64,000 bases of DNA from Oopsacas minuta (GCA_024704765.1 JAKMXF010000221.1:496001-560000); one strand, 5' to 3'; shown: positions 11,915-25,500, counted from the stretch's first letter. A program made the numbers and translations. The notes: generated by a model not told the origin, from the letters alone.

Positions 11915-14900
11915 TCATGAAATGTGTGAGAATTTCATATTTTTCGGTATAATATATTGATTATAACTGCCAATGAATAGTCGTCTCACTTCCAAGAGTT
12001 TGTCTCTCCGTATTTTAACCAATTCTGGACATTTATCTGACTTCTGGAGACCGCAATGTATAGAGAATTCACTATCAGTCATATGTTCTAGATAATCCAT
12101 ACCAAAATAGAAAATCTCCTCAGATTTCGAATTCCTATCGCTCAGTTTGTGTCCGAATAGCCTCCAATCGTATGCTACTGTGAAGAATAACATCTCTAGT
12201 GGGTTTAGGCTAGCATGCGCAAGACCGTCTGCCCATAGACTTAATCTTAACAAGGATATGAACATAGGTGTTCTGTCCCATCCAGAAATACAGTGTACGA
12301 ATACTCCCCCGTTAGAATTCTCCAGTTGGTATAAGAGCAGTCTTGTATAACAGCTAGTCATGTCTTTTATACTCCATTCTTTGTATTCTGCCCAATTGAC
12401 CCCCAGGGGTTTGTGTACCACCCCATCTGGGATCTTTAGGATAGCGTCCACCTTTTCTACTTTCCAATTGAATCTCAGTTTATCTGAGTTAAGATATTTG
12501 CTTTGATAACCGCGGAAGGATTCACAACCTGGATACGGCAAACTGGCTAATAGGAATTCTCGATACCTATAGTAAATATTTGAAATATTTTACAATAATT
12601 AAGTTTAACTCTTAAACAAACCTTCCAGCTTTATCGACCTTCTCTGAAGAAGCTACTGGTAACATAAACTTGAGTTTTTTCTGTTGATACATCAGGTCAC
12701 ATATCAATCGTACTCTAAGCTCTTTCAGAAGTTTTATGTCTTGTCCTCTGACCTTATCACATAGCTCTTCCTGTCTTCCTAGTCGGCTCTTGTCGGGGAG
12801 ATTAGTCGCACCGTCTTCTTCAACCCCAACACCTCCTGTCGAGAAAAAGTCCCAGCCTCTCCGTCCGAACTGTTCCACTCCCACGGATAGTGTAGCTCCC
12901 CTGCAAAGGTTCTTGTCTTTATAGATTAGGACAGGTACCGCGAATCTGCTACGTGCCCTGGCGAACCTTGCGGTCAGGAATAGCTGAGTCAATTTTATAG
13001 CATTATTAACCTTCTGCTACAAAGTATACAATATATTAGATTAGATTCGGTAACCTACACAAATGAGGTGCCAGAGACGCCGCCAAATATGATACTCCGT
13101 ATGTGGAGGCTCATTTGTATGGGACTAGGATCGCTCTGTTTATTTTTCACTCCGTTCCCACAGCCCTGTATTAATCTGTAAGTATAGATTGTGTAGCATG
13201 TCACAGCAAAGTACTAGGGTATCTCGAGCTAGTCAGGCCTCTGTACGCAGCGTGGGGTCTAGACACAGCTACAAGACTGTATCACATCATAGCGCAGTTG
13301 ATGAATCCTTATTCGGTGAGTCGTTCAGAGAAAAGAAGATGAGAGAGAACAGAGAGAGCAAATCTCTTAGTCCTGTTCAGCCTTATCACCCCGTACTACA
13401 CTCACCGGACCCTCTGGCATTCTCTGAGGCTCGACAGAAGCCAGAAGTTGTGCAGGTATTTGCCGGACATATTCCCGTGGTTTCCTGTATATTTACTTAA
13501 TTGTTTAGGTGATAACTAAAGACCTGATTCGTAAAATCCGCATACCAAGACCTGAGGATCCATCCGGACAGACTATAATCCTTGGACAAGATCACCTGAA
13601 TAGGATCGTTAGTGAATCAGCTGTTGTAACCAAAGACGATCTCCAACTGGAGAAAGAGAGACAGGAGGACAATAGGAACCAACTCCAAGATCAGGTGCAG
13701 AAGAGAAAGAAGGAATTTCAGGTATGCAGATTTATTTAAACACTCAACTCCCCGCTTATATTGAAGTGTGAATTGTACAAATATGGTCACAAACAGTTAA
13801 ACGGATTATAAAAATTGTATGATATTTGTAGGCTATTGAGCTAGCTCGTCGAACAAACGAGAAATCAGATCTCGACAAGGAATCTGAAGATACTCGTGAT
13901 ATTCTAATACAGAGATCAAAGAATATGATGGAAGAGCAGGACGATGAGATTAAAAAACTGAATGAGGTTATCCTGAATGCGAAATGTCATGCGATAAGAG
14001 ATGCTCAGTTAACTGAGAAAGACATTCTTAAACTGGATATAGACCATGAGGAGAAGCGACTAGACAATATGATGGAAATGGACAGACTCAATGCTATGCA
14101 GGAATATGAGCGTAGAGAACAAGAGAGACATAGACAGAGACTGCTGGGAGCCCAGGTAATAACCCTATACAGGGCTATGCTTTATACAAATACTCTGAGA
14201 ATATAGCTTAATATTAATACACTGGATTCCGGTTATAAGAACGTGTATTGCTACTCCCGAGGGTGTTTTTATAACTGACATCCACTGCATATAGATATTT
14301 AACCATGGGAATAGGTTATCCAGCAACAGATAAAGGACAGAGAACAAGACCGTCTGCTCGAGTCAGAGAAAAAAGACCAAGAAACAAGGACTATGCTTGA
14401 GTATCTAGAGCGTCTACAGATTGAGGACATAAAAGAGATGGAAGAGAAAGTTACCCGACAGAATATCCTAATGGAAGATATCAACCTAGCTAATGACGAG
14501 ATTCAAAGACAGAAATTACTGCAAAAAGAACAGGAAAAATTAGCCGAATTGAAGGTAGAGTATAATTACAGCTTAATGTTATTCAAGGCATTGTATATTA
14601 CAATTCAAATTGAATCACGATAATAATATATGTTAATTAGTAATCTCTTTGTACCCAACAGCCGTGTGTCATACCGATACCATATAAATCTTTGACATAT
14701 TGCCAACGACGACTATTCTCCTTCCATAAACCAAATCCGATTTTCTGGAGACGAAAATTAAACCAGGCTAATATGAAATCGGCGGGTAGTCCCTCTCCCT
14801 TTCTGGTCGGTTTCCAGTTGCTAGGGAATACCTTTATTAGGTCCCATTCCTGTCGAGTGAGCCGAGGACGTCTCATTTTCTGGACCTTTGAACTTTGAGA

Positions 14901-17900
14901 TGTCGGGGAGTAGATAACCTCTTCGTCTGATTCAGAGTCTGTTGTACACTCGAATGCATTTCTCAGAATATATTTATACATTTCTTGTTCCTGAAGTCCC
15001 ATCGATCTCCCTCGGGCATACAACCTTTTGAGGGCAGTTTTTATCTCAAAAGCGGACTCTTCTAAAAGGTGTTTCTTGCCCCCTTCCCCATTGTCTGTTA
15101 GGGTACTGTCAAATTCTTCATCCTTAGGTACATACATGAAATTATTTGATACCATATACTCAGCAGCTCTTTGCTGTATGTCCTCTGCTGGGTAACAGGA
15201 CCGTCTCGAGGTGGAGTGCACACGAGACCCTCTGCTCATATGGGACTCTGTAACCTGACCCAATTTTGGTACCTTTTGGTAAGAAGGGTCTTTCCTTCCT
15301 TTGGGGGGAGAATTCAAAACTCTGCTGAACGAGAACATATTGCACGTAGCCGTCATCATTTTGAAATGAATATACTTATGTGCGTGTTGCTATATTCTGT
15401 TTGTCATTGTATGCTACTTTATATACTAAATGTTGTTGTGATTGAGAAGCCAAGAGTACTTATAGAAGTTCTTATTAAAGTAAACGGAGAATTCAGAACT
15501 AGTGAATAGATTCCTCTGGTACTTTACTATCAAGGGTTCTTATTTACAATCTGACAAACTTGGCTAAGTATTACAGATATAACAGCAGGGCTTATGGGGT
15601 TCTTACCTAACCGATATTTATTTGACCATTTCTGACAGTAGAATTTTGTTGCTAAAAAGCTAAGTGAATTTATTATTTCATTAATACTTCCCGAGAAGAC
15701 TTCCAAAATCCTAAAGACACGAGTACAGTGGGTCTAATGGCCTTGAGCTGGGGTAACATCAATGAACGTGGGCTTTCCCTTTAGGCTTATGAATAGGAAG
15801 AATTGTATTGTTAGAATTTATGATCTCTCCCTCGTCTTACCTTTAACTCAGAGGTGTTAATATTATGTTTTTCAGTTTGCAAAATGAAGAGAAATGAACT
15901 TTGCGAGTTCCATACAGACGAACATTCTCAATACAAGTCTCTAACATAACAACAACAAATGTAGTATGGTATTCACCCCATATAATATCAATAACCGCAA
16001 TGAATAGTATTGTTCGAGTTCTTATGTCAACATTGCATTTTACAGCACTCATCCCACAACACATCTGTGTATAGAATTATAGTGTATTATGACAGCATCC
16101 CTAAGCAGCTGTGATGCTTGTCAATATCAGTGAACTTGTCAGTTAATTATTTGAGGAAATTAGTTTGAATAAGGTTGCGTAGTGCGATAGAAGCTCGTAT
16201 TTTGTGATGCCATAGAGGAAGGGTAGCTGTAATTATCATGGATACTCTGTTAAGCTAGTTATTCCTGAAGGATGAGATTATTCTTGACCCGCATTTCATA
16301 TTTGGGTTTATTCGATGTTTAACATATTCCAGGGCCAGTGCCATTTGAGCATTCTGTGTGTCCAAACACTCTGTCCCTCGTCCTAGACCTCCAAATTACC
16401 AACCAACTAATTTAGTGACATTTCATGCTTCTACAATGTCCATGTAAGGCATTAGACAGATACCAAATGAATCGGGACATAACGCTCACAATGTGTCCCC
16501 GAAGAAACTATGAGATATTTAAATATTCGAACTCGTGTATACTCTCAATATTATCTCACAAAAGAATTGTACCCATTCTACCGTCGCACTGTTTGAGGTA
16601 GTAATTGTAAGGTTTAGGATAATCTTGTTAAGAAAGAAGCTATGAATTGAATTTGACAATTCTAGCTTAAATAATCTTTCGTAATTATTGTTCCGCTTAT
16701 CGAGATATTCATTCAGTATTGATTATACGCGGGACATATGGCTTAATTAATAAGATGGGATTCATCTGTAATGTCATACTGATTCACTCGTGTTTGTTAT
16801 TCTAGTTATCACTATGACGTCATACTATTGTCCGTTTGTTTGTTAGAAAGCTAGCAGTTACTAATTAGGGAAGTTTGTTATACTGAAGTACAATAGAAAC
16901 GAATTTCTTGATATCTCCGGTGTAATTCAACTGTCCAATGTGTGTCTATTCATTGATTACTCTTTTAGGTGTTGGAATATATCAAAGAGAAGGAGGCCAG
17001 AGAAGAGGCCTATCAGAAGGAACAGGAGAAGCTAGCCTCTGAGAAAGAGAAGGAGATTGCTAGACTCAGACAGCAACAAGAGAGAGCTAAAGACGTACAG
17101 GCGGAGAAAGACGCTCTGCGGGCAAAGAGAAACCAGGAACAGTTCGAGAGGGACTGGAGGAAAAAACAGAAAGAAACAATGGAAAAGAAGTCTGCTAACG
17201 ACAAACAGCTTAAAGAAGCCAGACAGCAGCAAATTAATGATAAGGAGCATTTTTTGTCTCTACAGGCTCAGAGAGACAGAGCTGAATTCTCTCGGGTATT
17301 AGAAGTTCAGCAGCAGTTACAGCAGAAAGATCTGGAGCTAGCTAACACACATGCTTCAAAGAATAAGGCTTACGCAGAGCAGGTTTGTATGTGCAGTGGC
17401 ACCTCCACTAACAGGGCCTGTCGAAACGGAACTTCTGGAAACTGAGTGAAAAATAAATACAGTATAGCGAATTCCTAGTCACATAGAAATGAACCTCAAC
17501 ACACGGGGAAACGGGTCTGGCGGAGGTTACACTGTAATATTATTCTATTGTCACTGTTATAGGTACGTAAACAAGTTAAGAGCAAGGAGGAGGAACGTCT
17601 CCAAGGCAGGAGGGCATTCTTTGAAGAGGGTATCAAACTAGACCTAGAGGCCAAGGAGCGTAGAAGGAAGTTAGACGAGATAAAGTTGCGGAAACTACAG
17701 GAATTGAAGGACGCTGGTATTCCTACTAAATACACTGCAGAAGTTAGTCGCCGTATCCACGCACCACATCCTGTCTCATTTACTATGTCCTGAGCTCTAT
17801 ATAGCAACCCGATCACTACTTAGCTATTTACTAACAACTGATCCTGTGTACTGATTTTAATCTGTACTTATTTATCCCATATTTCTTCTAAAATTGAGCT

Positions 17901-18659
17901 TTAGAACTTTAAGGGAATACCGAAAAATTGAAGATGGATTGGTGACCGACACAATGAGTTTTCTATTCTGTCACTGTGCCACAATATGCCACATTTTATC
18001 ACTTAGATTTATGGGTCATAGAATAGAATATTCTGGGAATAATGCAGATTGAAATGTCACTCAAAATATATATAAAAAAAGATTCAACAAACCTCACACT
18101 CATTTTTTGGTTTTCCATTTTGTTGATTCTCATATTTGCTATTCTCAATGAAAGCATAACTCTTGTAATCTTCTAAGTCACCATGTCCACTTACATCCAG
18201 ACTTCTTGTACAATCCGTATCCCCCATGGCCTCTACATGTACCCATCCTAAAAGTTGTCGTGATACAGTGGTCTCCTCACACATGCAGTCAGCTGATCTG
18301 TCGAGAACACTCTCACTCTTCCTTCTATGATCCAGTGAAGGGTCGAACTCGCAAAATTTCCCCTCTGGTTTAGCAACCTTTAATTTCTCTCGTTCAGGAA
18401 TCAAGAGGGTAGGAGGGTAGTGAGCACATAGAGACCCATCTTGGTTTTGTACCTGTCCAATTTCATAGTCCTGTTTGAACAGGAACCAACACTTCTCCAA
18501 GTACTGAAGAGAACTACGATCCTCTGGCTTGTAAGGAGTTGTTAGAAAATTATTGATAAGTTCATCTAGTATATCTTTATTTATTTCCCCTTTATTTGAA
18601 TCTGAAAGTAGTACGCACTTCCTTTCCACACCCAATTTAGATTTGATTATACTCGCCAT
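11915..18659 (-). CDS. MTMR14: Myotubularin-related protein 14 (PI3P phosphatase); intron 1 (13017-18092, 5076 nt) hosts CFAP45
   Basis: Exons 18659-18093, 13016-12622, 12566-11915 join in phase (537 aa). Exon 1 has FKQDYEIGQVQNQDGSLCAHYP; exon 2 FARARSRFAVPVLIYKDKNLCRGATL; exon 3 LPYPGCE and catalytic CX5R VHCISGWDRT. Confidence 0.88.
13198..17793 (+). CDS. CFAP45: Cilia- and flagella-associated protein 45 (CCDC19), nested antisense in MTMR14 intron 1
   Basis: Exons 13198-13455, 13509-13721, 13832-14155, 14315-14554, 16969-17382, 17563-17793, all phase 0 (559 aa). Trichoplein-type coiled coil; SAVDESLFG, EQDDEIKKLNEVILNAKCHAIRDAQ, KLQELKDAGIPTKY motifs. Confidence 0.88.
14217..14290. mobile_element. 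Mini Tc1/mariner-like MITE, family C (second copy about 48383-48470, inverted)
   Basis: TACACTGGATTCCGGTTATAAGAAC ... TTTTTATAACTGACATCCACTGCA; internal GTATTGCTACTCCC also found as reverse complement at about 48415. Confidence 0.65.
14637..15359 (-). CDS. Orphan 240-aa ORF inside CFAP45 intron 4 (14555-16968)
   Basis: Uninterrupted 723-nt ORF in AT-rich intron, in-frame stop 33 nt upstream of the ATG; S/R-rich N-terminus, acidic TTDSESDEE, basic KMRRPR, Trp-rich C-terminus. No family recognised. Confidence 0.55.
   Translation of the reverse strand: MMTATCNMFSFSRVLNSPPKGRKDPSYQKVPKLGQVTESHMSRGSRVHSTSRRSCYPAEDIQQRAAEYMVSNNFMYVPKDEEFDSTLTDNGEGGKKHLLEESAFEIKTALKRLYARGRSMGLQEQEMYKYILRNAFECTTDSESDEEVIYSPTSQSSKVQKMRRPRLTRQEWDLIKVFPSNWKPTRKGEGLPADFILAWFNFRLQKIGFGLWKENSRRWQYVKDLYGIGMTHGCWVQRDY
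17394..17544. mobile_element. MITE family B in the last CFAP45 intron
   Basis: CAGTGGCACCTCC ... GGCGGAGGTTACACTG ends; internal GGAACTTCTGGAAACTGAGTGAAAA shared with copies or fragments at about 5240-5300, 10646-10690, 13140-13160, 29040, 33435, 49650, 50538-50657, 60935-61052. Confidence 0.7.
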
Positions 18660-19516
18660 CCTGTTTGTTTGTTTGTTTGTTTATTTTCTCAGAGAATAGT
18701 ATATTAATAGATACAAACAAGATAGTCACTAATGAGAACCTAATCTGTCCTGGAAGAAACCTAAGTGTGGTTAGTTAATTGAAACTGCAAAAGTTAGATT
18801 TCTAGGATTCACTTGATTCGATTATAATACAAAATTTGGTATATTTATGTAATCTGGAGTTTAGTTACCAGGGCCTCTGGTTGGAGCTGTTTTGCTCTCA
18901 AGGGTGTTGTGTACACCCAGAAATTTTCAGTCTATTGTAATCTCGCATTTATCGATATTCTTAACTTTCAAATACCATCGTGGACGTTCAATGCATTTAC
19001 CCTTTAGAGATAATATTGAGAGTATCAAATATCTCTTAATTATCCCCTACGTATTGAAAAGCTAACTCCTGGAATTTTCAATTAATTACTACTACTTGAG
19101 TATATCTTACGAATCAATATATTATTTAATTTGAGGATCCTTGGTTACCCTAGGGGGCAGAAAATGGGTCTACACGTATGTATAATGATAGTCATATGTG
19201 TTCGGACAAATGCTAAAACTGCAAAACACATGCTACAACTGTTAAAATGATACCACAATCCTCAAATCTGTCACATAGCAACCGTACTCACCAATAGCTA
19301 TTTACCCTTAGCCAAAGTTGTTCTACTTGTCAGGTCATTAATCCTTAAGTTCCAAATACTCGTATGTGAGAGCCAGTAATGTTACAGTTCTATTAATAGG
19401 AATTACAGATTACATAACGTTTAATTAATTCCGTAAGTTGTTGAGACAATTTCCACTTATTTATATTGAAAGGGAACATTTTAGATTATCTTTCCTAAGC
19501 TGTAATGTAATCTCTA

Positions 19517-22500
19517 ATGGCTACTAACACTTCGAACACTCCTGCTATTTGCGTCATAACAGCTCGCATTAAGCAGACACGAAATAGAGCTATCAAAAGT
19601 TTCCATTCTTTCGATAAAACAGATTATTCCAGTCTGGAGAGAGAACTGATTTCTTGTTTGAGAACGAATTATGACGTCACTCATTTTTCTGATACGGACA
19701 CTACAGACTGGCCGCTATCCAATTCCCCCTCATTCCCCGCACGGATGTTCGCGAGGGGACATGTTCCGATCACAAACTCAAAATCGGTTGACTTTCTATC
19801 AAACACTTTCTCGTTTGGAAAAGATCTTGATATACTTCAGCAGTTTATGAGAGACAACTCACATATAGAGAGATATATCATCAACATATTTGCAAAAGTA
19901 TGGATATTATTAAACTCCGCGTTATAACGAAGTGATTCTTTCCCCCTATTTCTTGAAAGTAATTGAATATACTCCGCGTTATATCGAAGTGAAACCCGAT
20001 GTCCCGATCACTTCGTTATAACAAGAGTTTATTTACATTCCCGTATTTTATATGTGTCATCCTTTTAGGACGCTACACAGATCAAATCGGACTATATGAC
20101 AAAGTTTTTCAACATGGTATCCTCCAGTAAGAGTGTCGTGTTCTATTTCTGTCGGAAAGCAACCCGTAAAATGTTCCAGAAGGAGTACTGGACTTCTCTA
20201 TGCGGTCTCCTTCAATTTTCAATTCGTAAATATATCTTAGATTTTAAAGAGAAACACCCAATCTTAGATACGAACAAATTGACCAATCATATTAATTCTT
20301 ATCTCAAAGGTTAGTTACATATTAATATTTGAGTTCCCTTATTAATAGGTGTTAGTTCCAATTCATGTGTATATTTATCTCCCAGCACTCGGCCTTTGAT
20401 ACCTAGTTACCTTTGGACAACAGTGTGGGGTACATACATATGTAATCTAATTATAATTGCCTCTGTAATTACTAAATCTATCTTTAGAAATAATTATCTT
20501 ATAATATATAACGATAAGATGTTTAACTAATATTAGCTGTTTTGTCAAACTATCAGTGATCGATGATGGATCAGAATGGCGATCAATTCAGTCATCAGGA
20601 CTCTATTCGTGAGAACGGGGTGGAGGATATGATGGTAGAGACGCGGCGTCGTGTGAAGCTGTTTGTTCTTAATGAAGCTCACGATTGGGAAGATAAAGGA
20701 ACTGGACATGTGACTGTGGTTTTCCAAGAATACCTACATGGTCTAGCGTTAGTTGTCCGTAGCGAGGACAACGGAGCTGTCCTCCTAGAGTCTCGGATTG
20801 AATCGGACAGGGTCTACCAAAAACAGGACGCGACATTGATAGTATGGGACGAGAATGAGATTGAGAAGGCTCTCTCCTTCCAGGAGCGACAGGGCTGTGA
20901 TGACGTTTGGTCCAAAATAAGAGAGGTTCAGGGCCGTAACGAACTCGGAGAGATCTCAGATAACCTGACTCACATGGAAGGATTTGAAGATGACCAAATA
21001 TTCCAAAATTCGCAGGAAATATACGCGATTGAAATGCCAGTTGTAAACACAGAGAATTTACCGAATATCTATGAGTTACTAACCAAATATACTAACCCAG
21101 TCGTTGATAAGGATAATGTAGTAGCTGCTATAGAGAATGAAGATTACGTCAGAAAGCTTCTGGAGTTTTTCCAGATCTGTGAGAGGGATAAAGACACGGA
21201 AAACCTCCAAACTCTATATCGGATCTTTAAGAATCTCTTCTTAATGAATCGTACTGCTATTCTACAGATCATGCTCAGTGAGACGAATATCATTGACGTC
21301 ATAGGGTGTCTAGAATACGACCCTAGGGTCACTACCCCCTCCACACATCGGGAATTCATTCGTAAGCAAGCTAGCTTTAAGGACGTTATCCCTATCACAA
21401 ACACTGAGCTATTAACAAAGATCCATTTGATGTATAAAATGCAATATATACAAGACGCGATACTGCCTGCTCCCTCTATGTTTGAGGAGAATTTGATGAA
21501 TGCATTAGCTCAGTATATTCTATTCCAGAAGATTGAGATAATAGAAATGATTGAGAAGGAGGAAACGTTCCTGATGGATCTTTTTGGAGGGATTGAAGAG
21601 GAAAATAGAGAGGGGATCACACCCGATAAATTTAAGAACCTAGTCTTCCTCTTGAAGGAGATTTGCCTGTTTTCACAGGCCGCGCAGAATCCTGCCTCTA
21701 AGCACAATTTCTCTCTGATACTCTGGAATAATGGAATGATGAAGTCTCTCGGAATTATCCTAAGCTCAGATGATGACGTCATTCTACAGAGTGGTGTAGA
21801 TATCCTATTGACCATGACTGAATTTGCTGGTACCAGTATTCAGCTTAAAATTACGACAGAAGCGGAGACTCAGGAGGAAGACGAGCAAATTATAAATCTA
21901 CTAATTAACACACTTGTCGATCCTCATAAGTCATCATTAGACGCCTCCACTTTCCATTTATTGAGGACTCTAATCGACCCGGAGACTTTTATACCTGACA
22001 TGAAGCCAGTTGACCGAACAACATTCTTATCGTACTTCTATAAGAACTGTATGCACCATCTGATCGCTCCACTCCTCGCGGTAACTACTGACACACGAAT
22101 ACACCATTTATTAGACACAGTAGATAACACGGAGATACTAGCTAACATTATTCAACTGCTGGCGTTCTGTGTAGAACAACACACATACCATAGTCGTGTA
22201 TATATAATAAATAAGAACCTCCTGTCTCGTGTAGTCGTCCTATTGACTTCTAAACACTCCCATCTAGTCCTCATGACAATACGACTTGTCAGAAAGATAC
22301 TAGGCATGAAGGAGGAAGGTTTGAACTCTTATATCATTAAGAATAACCTGCTACAACCACTGACGTCACTATTAATAGCAACACCTAAGTATAATATGAT
22401 TAATTCAGCCTGTCTTGAGTTGTTCAGTTTTATTTTGAAAGAGAAAACCAGAGGCCTTCTAAAGTACCTGATTGAAACGCTCCCAGAGGTGAAGGAGATC

Positions 22501-25500
22501 AGATATGTGGAGTTGTTTACTAAAATGCAAATAGAATATGATCATATGAAAGAAACAGAGATCAATCCTAGTAGAGAGTTAGAAGGATTGATGAGCATGC
22601 AATGGTCCGCCAAGGAGCGGGACGAGCAGAGGAGAGAGGAGAGAGACGAAGAAGCCTGGTTTGATAGAGATGATGACGTATACGCGATTAATTCAAGTTC
22701 CCCGGGGGAAGACGCTACCCCAATGAGTACAGAACCCCATCCTGCTATAACCGCTAGTCCAATCAAGGACTCCTCTCCCGACTCTCCTACCCCTCCGTCC
22801 AGCAGCGTGTCAGTCCGTACTCCTACTCGTCTCGTCGAGTACGAACCGGACAGCGATGAAGACACCGATCCAGAGGAAGTATTAGACCCGTTCCCAGTCC
22901 CTACTACCTCTCAACCAAACATTCCAACACCTGATCCCCTTCACCCCTCCTCTACCCCAGAAGATAAAATCAAACCTCTCTCAAACCCTCCAGACATCGA
23001 ATTAATCTCTCCAGCCAAGCGCCCTCGTATCACGTAGCAATCTGCAATCACTGTTTAACCAATAGGCGAACGCTACTTGTGCATATTTGGATTGCCGTTA
23101 TGTAGAATTATACACTATTCAAGCAAATGTATTGTTATTCAATAGAGGGAGGATAGGTGTTGAATATTTGTTGTTAATATGATTAGTTAAATTTGTATTT
23201 CCTCCAGCTCGATATCTACAAAGTGATGATAACTATGTGCAGTGGACATCACAGCTTCGAGTCCTGACCTTCATTAAGCCAAAGGGTGAGAAAGTACTAG
23301 GGATAAGGTTCAGACAGGTGAACATTAAAGTGAGTTATCCATGGTCCTTTATTATTATAATGGAACCTCATTAATATGAACACCAACAGGCTATCGATGC
23401 GGCTCTCTCGAAAGATTCACCTAGCACTGTCCCCATAATAACAGAGATTATTCCAGACACTCCAGCAGCTCATTGTCCCTGCTTATGGATTAATGATCAT
23501 CTCCTTTGTATTAAAGGCTATATCTATACTGATACACAGTATGAAGCTAGACAGCTAGAGGGAGTAATAGCTAAGTGTACGTATGTACAGATTGTTGTGC
23601 AGAGAGCTGTACGTATATACGGACCGGAGAAGATAGCGTTTATTGCTGGGAAGAGGCAGAAGTTTGGGATTACATTCATGGAGAAGAAAAATGTAAATTA
23701 ATTATCCAACACCGTTATACTTTATGGATGGTGAAGTTATCTGCTCAGTGTTGTTCTAGGTCATTTTGAGGTACTCCTCGCTTGTTTGGAGGGATTTCTA
23801 TATGACAAAATAAATGACATCCCCATCCATGGTTAAATATCTAATAAGCGTATAGGGAACCATTTTCGTCAACACGCGTATATTAATAAACATTTTGTAT
23901 AGTTATATCAAGGCAAACTATCCACAATGATATCTGGATTCTCCTCGAGAGCTGAGACAGAATATTTAGAGAAAGGATTAGAGCTTAAGAGTATCATCCT
24001 CTCTATAAATGATAGGACATTGTCAGATCTCCCTCTATCTGAGGCAATACCTATTCTAATGCAAGAATCATTCCTGCAGGACAATATAAAGATAAGATTC
24101 ACTACTTTACAGAAATTTTGTGACAGTATTAAGAAAGATCCAGATATTAATCTAGCCCTCGTGAACCAACCGGGACCCATACCTAAACTTGTTCTAAAGG
24201 AGTCGCCCTCTCTCCCAATCATAGGAGCAGGGAGGATAGATGATCCCCTGAGGTCTGTGTTCTCACACGATGCTCAACACTACAATTATCTAAAGGTTGT
24301 ATAACAATGAATACATCTTACCCAATTTTATTTAAATCATCCAATAGGTATACATTCTTGGTGTTAAACTCTTCGAAGATGTTTACGAGTTGGTTGGGCG
24401 TTTGTTACACGAGAGTACACGTCCCCGTGTCTCGCCCCTAGAGGACACATGCTTCGAGAGACCCAATTTCTCTCCAGACCTCTATCCAAACTGTTCCCTA
24501 GTTGATCAGCTGTTCCGGGCCGCCTCGGCAGACGAGCGAGTCATCACGGAATTGGATCTGGACTCAGAATGGCGGCCAGTATGTTACACCCCCGTACTCT
24601 CCAACCTGTCCTACCCAGCTGATCTCTCCGTCAGGTCTCCTGTACACAAAATGAGTCCATTACACCATAAGCTAGATGTTATAGGCCCTAGCACTCCTCT
24701 AGGAGATACAGGATATGGACTGAAGAGACCCTCCTCTATCTCTCTGATTACCCCTTCCTCTTCCTCCTCAAGTATCAGTTCTGAGCAGTCTCCGGACCTT
24801 ATGGTCCGGTGTGACATGTCCTCTCCTATACCAACAGCTGCTATCACCCTTGTACTCCTGAGGAACACCCGTGAGTTGTCCTCCCTATCCCCACCGGACA
24901 TATTTCCCCTATTCAAGCGGTCAGGTCTTTACGTAATGGTTATTAATCTTGAGAGAATATTCTCATTCTTTGAAAGTGAGATTCATTTCTATCTCAAAGT
25001 CTTAACTGAACTTCACTCGCTTCCTTTTCAGGAACCAGTGAAAGTATTTATAGTAGGTCTATATGACAGTCTGTTGGAAACGACTGTACGAGCGCTCTGC
25101 TGGTCGCTACACGGATTGTTTGAGTCGCTATTTAATTCACATGTGATACTGGACAGTAAGAAGTTTGAGACATGTGTGTTCCCCATCCGTCGTAGCGACA
25201 GGAATATGGACACCGTACACGTGCTTAGACAGACCCTTCTGGCCTTCTCTAGAGGGACATATCCGGACCATGGTGTCTGTGAAGAGGACTCTACCGGATT
25301 ACTAAGGATACCGGATAACTTCAATAGGTTCAGAGTATGTAGTCTCCTACAATCCACTGTACCAGTTCTGTTGTCAGAGTACATCGGCCAGATTCTTGTT
25401 GAGACAGAGTTACCAGAGCATCATCTGGAGATAGCACTGAGTGCTCTCGTAGAGTGTACACCATTCCTAGCGCCAGGTGAGTTGTCAAGCAATGATTTTG

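Noticed and set aside
23020-23208. In-frame PP4R3-PDZ fusion via a cryptic donor (CCT C|gtatca) near the PP4R3 stop
   Set aside because: The phase fits but the donor lacks +5G and there is no other support.
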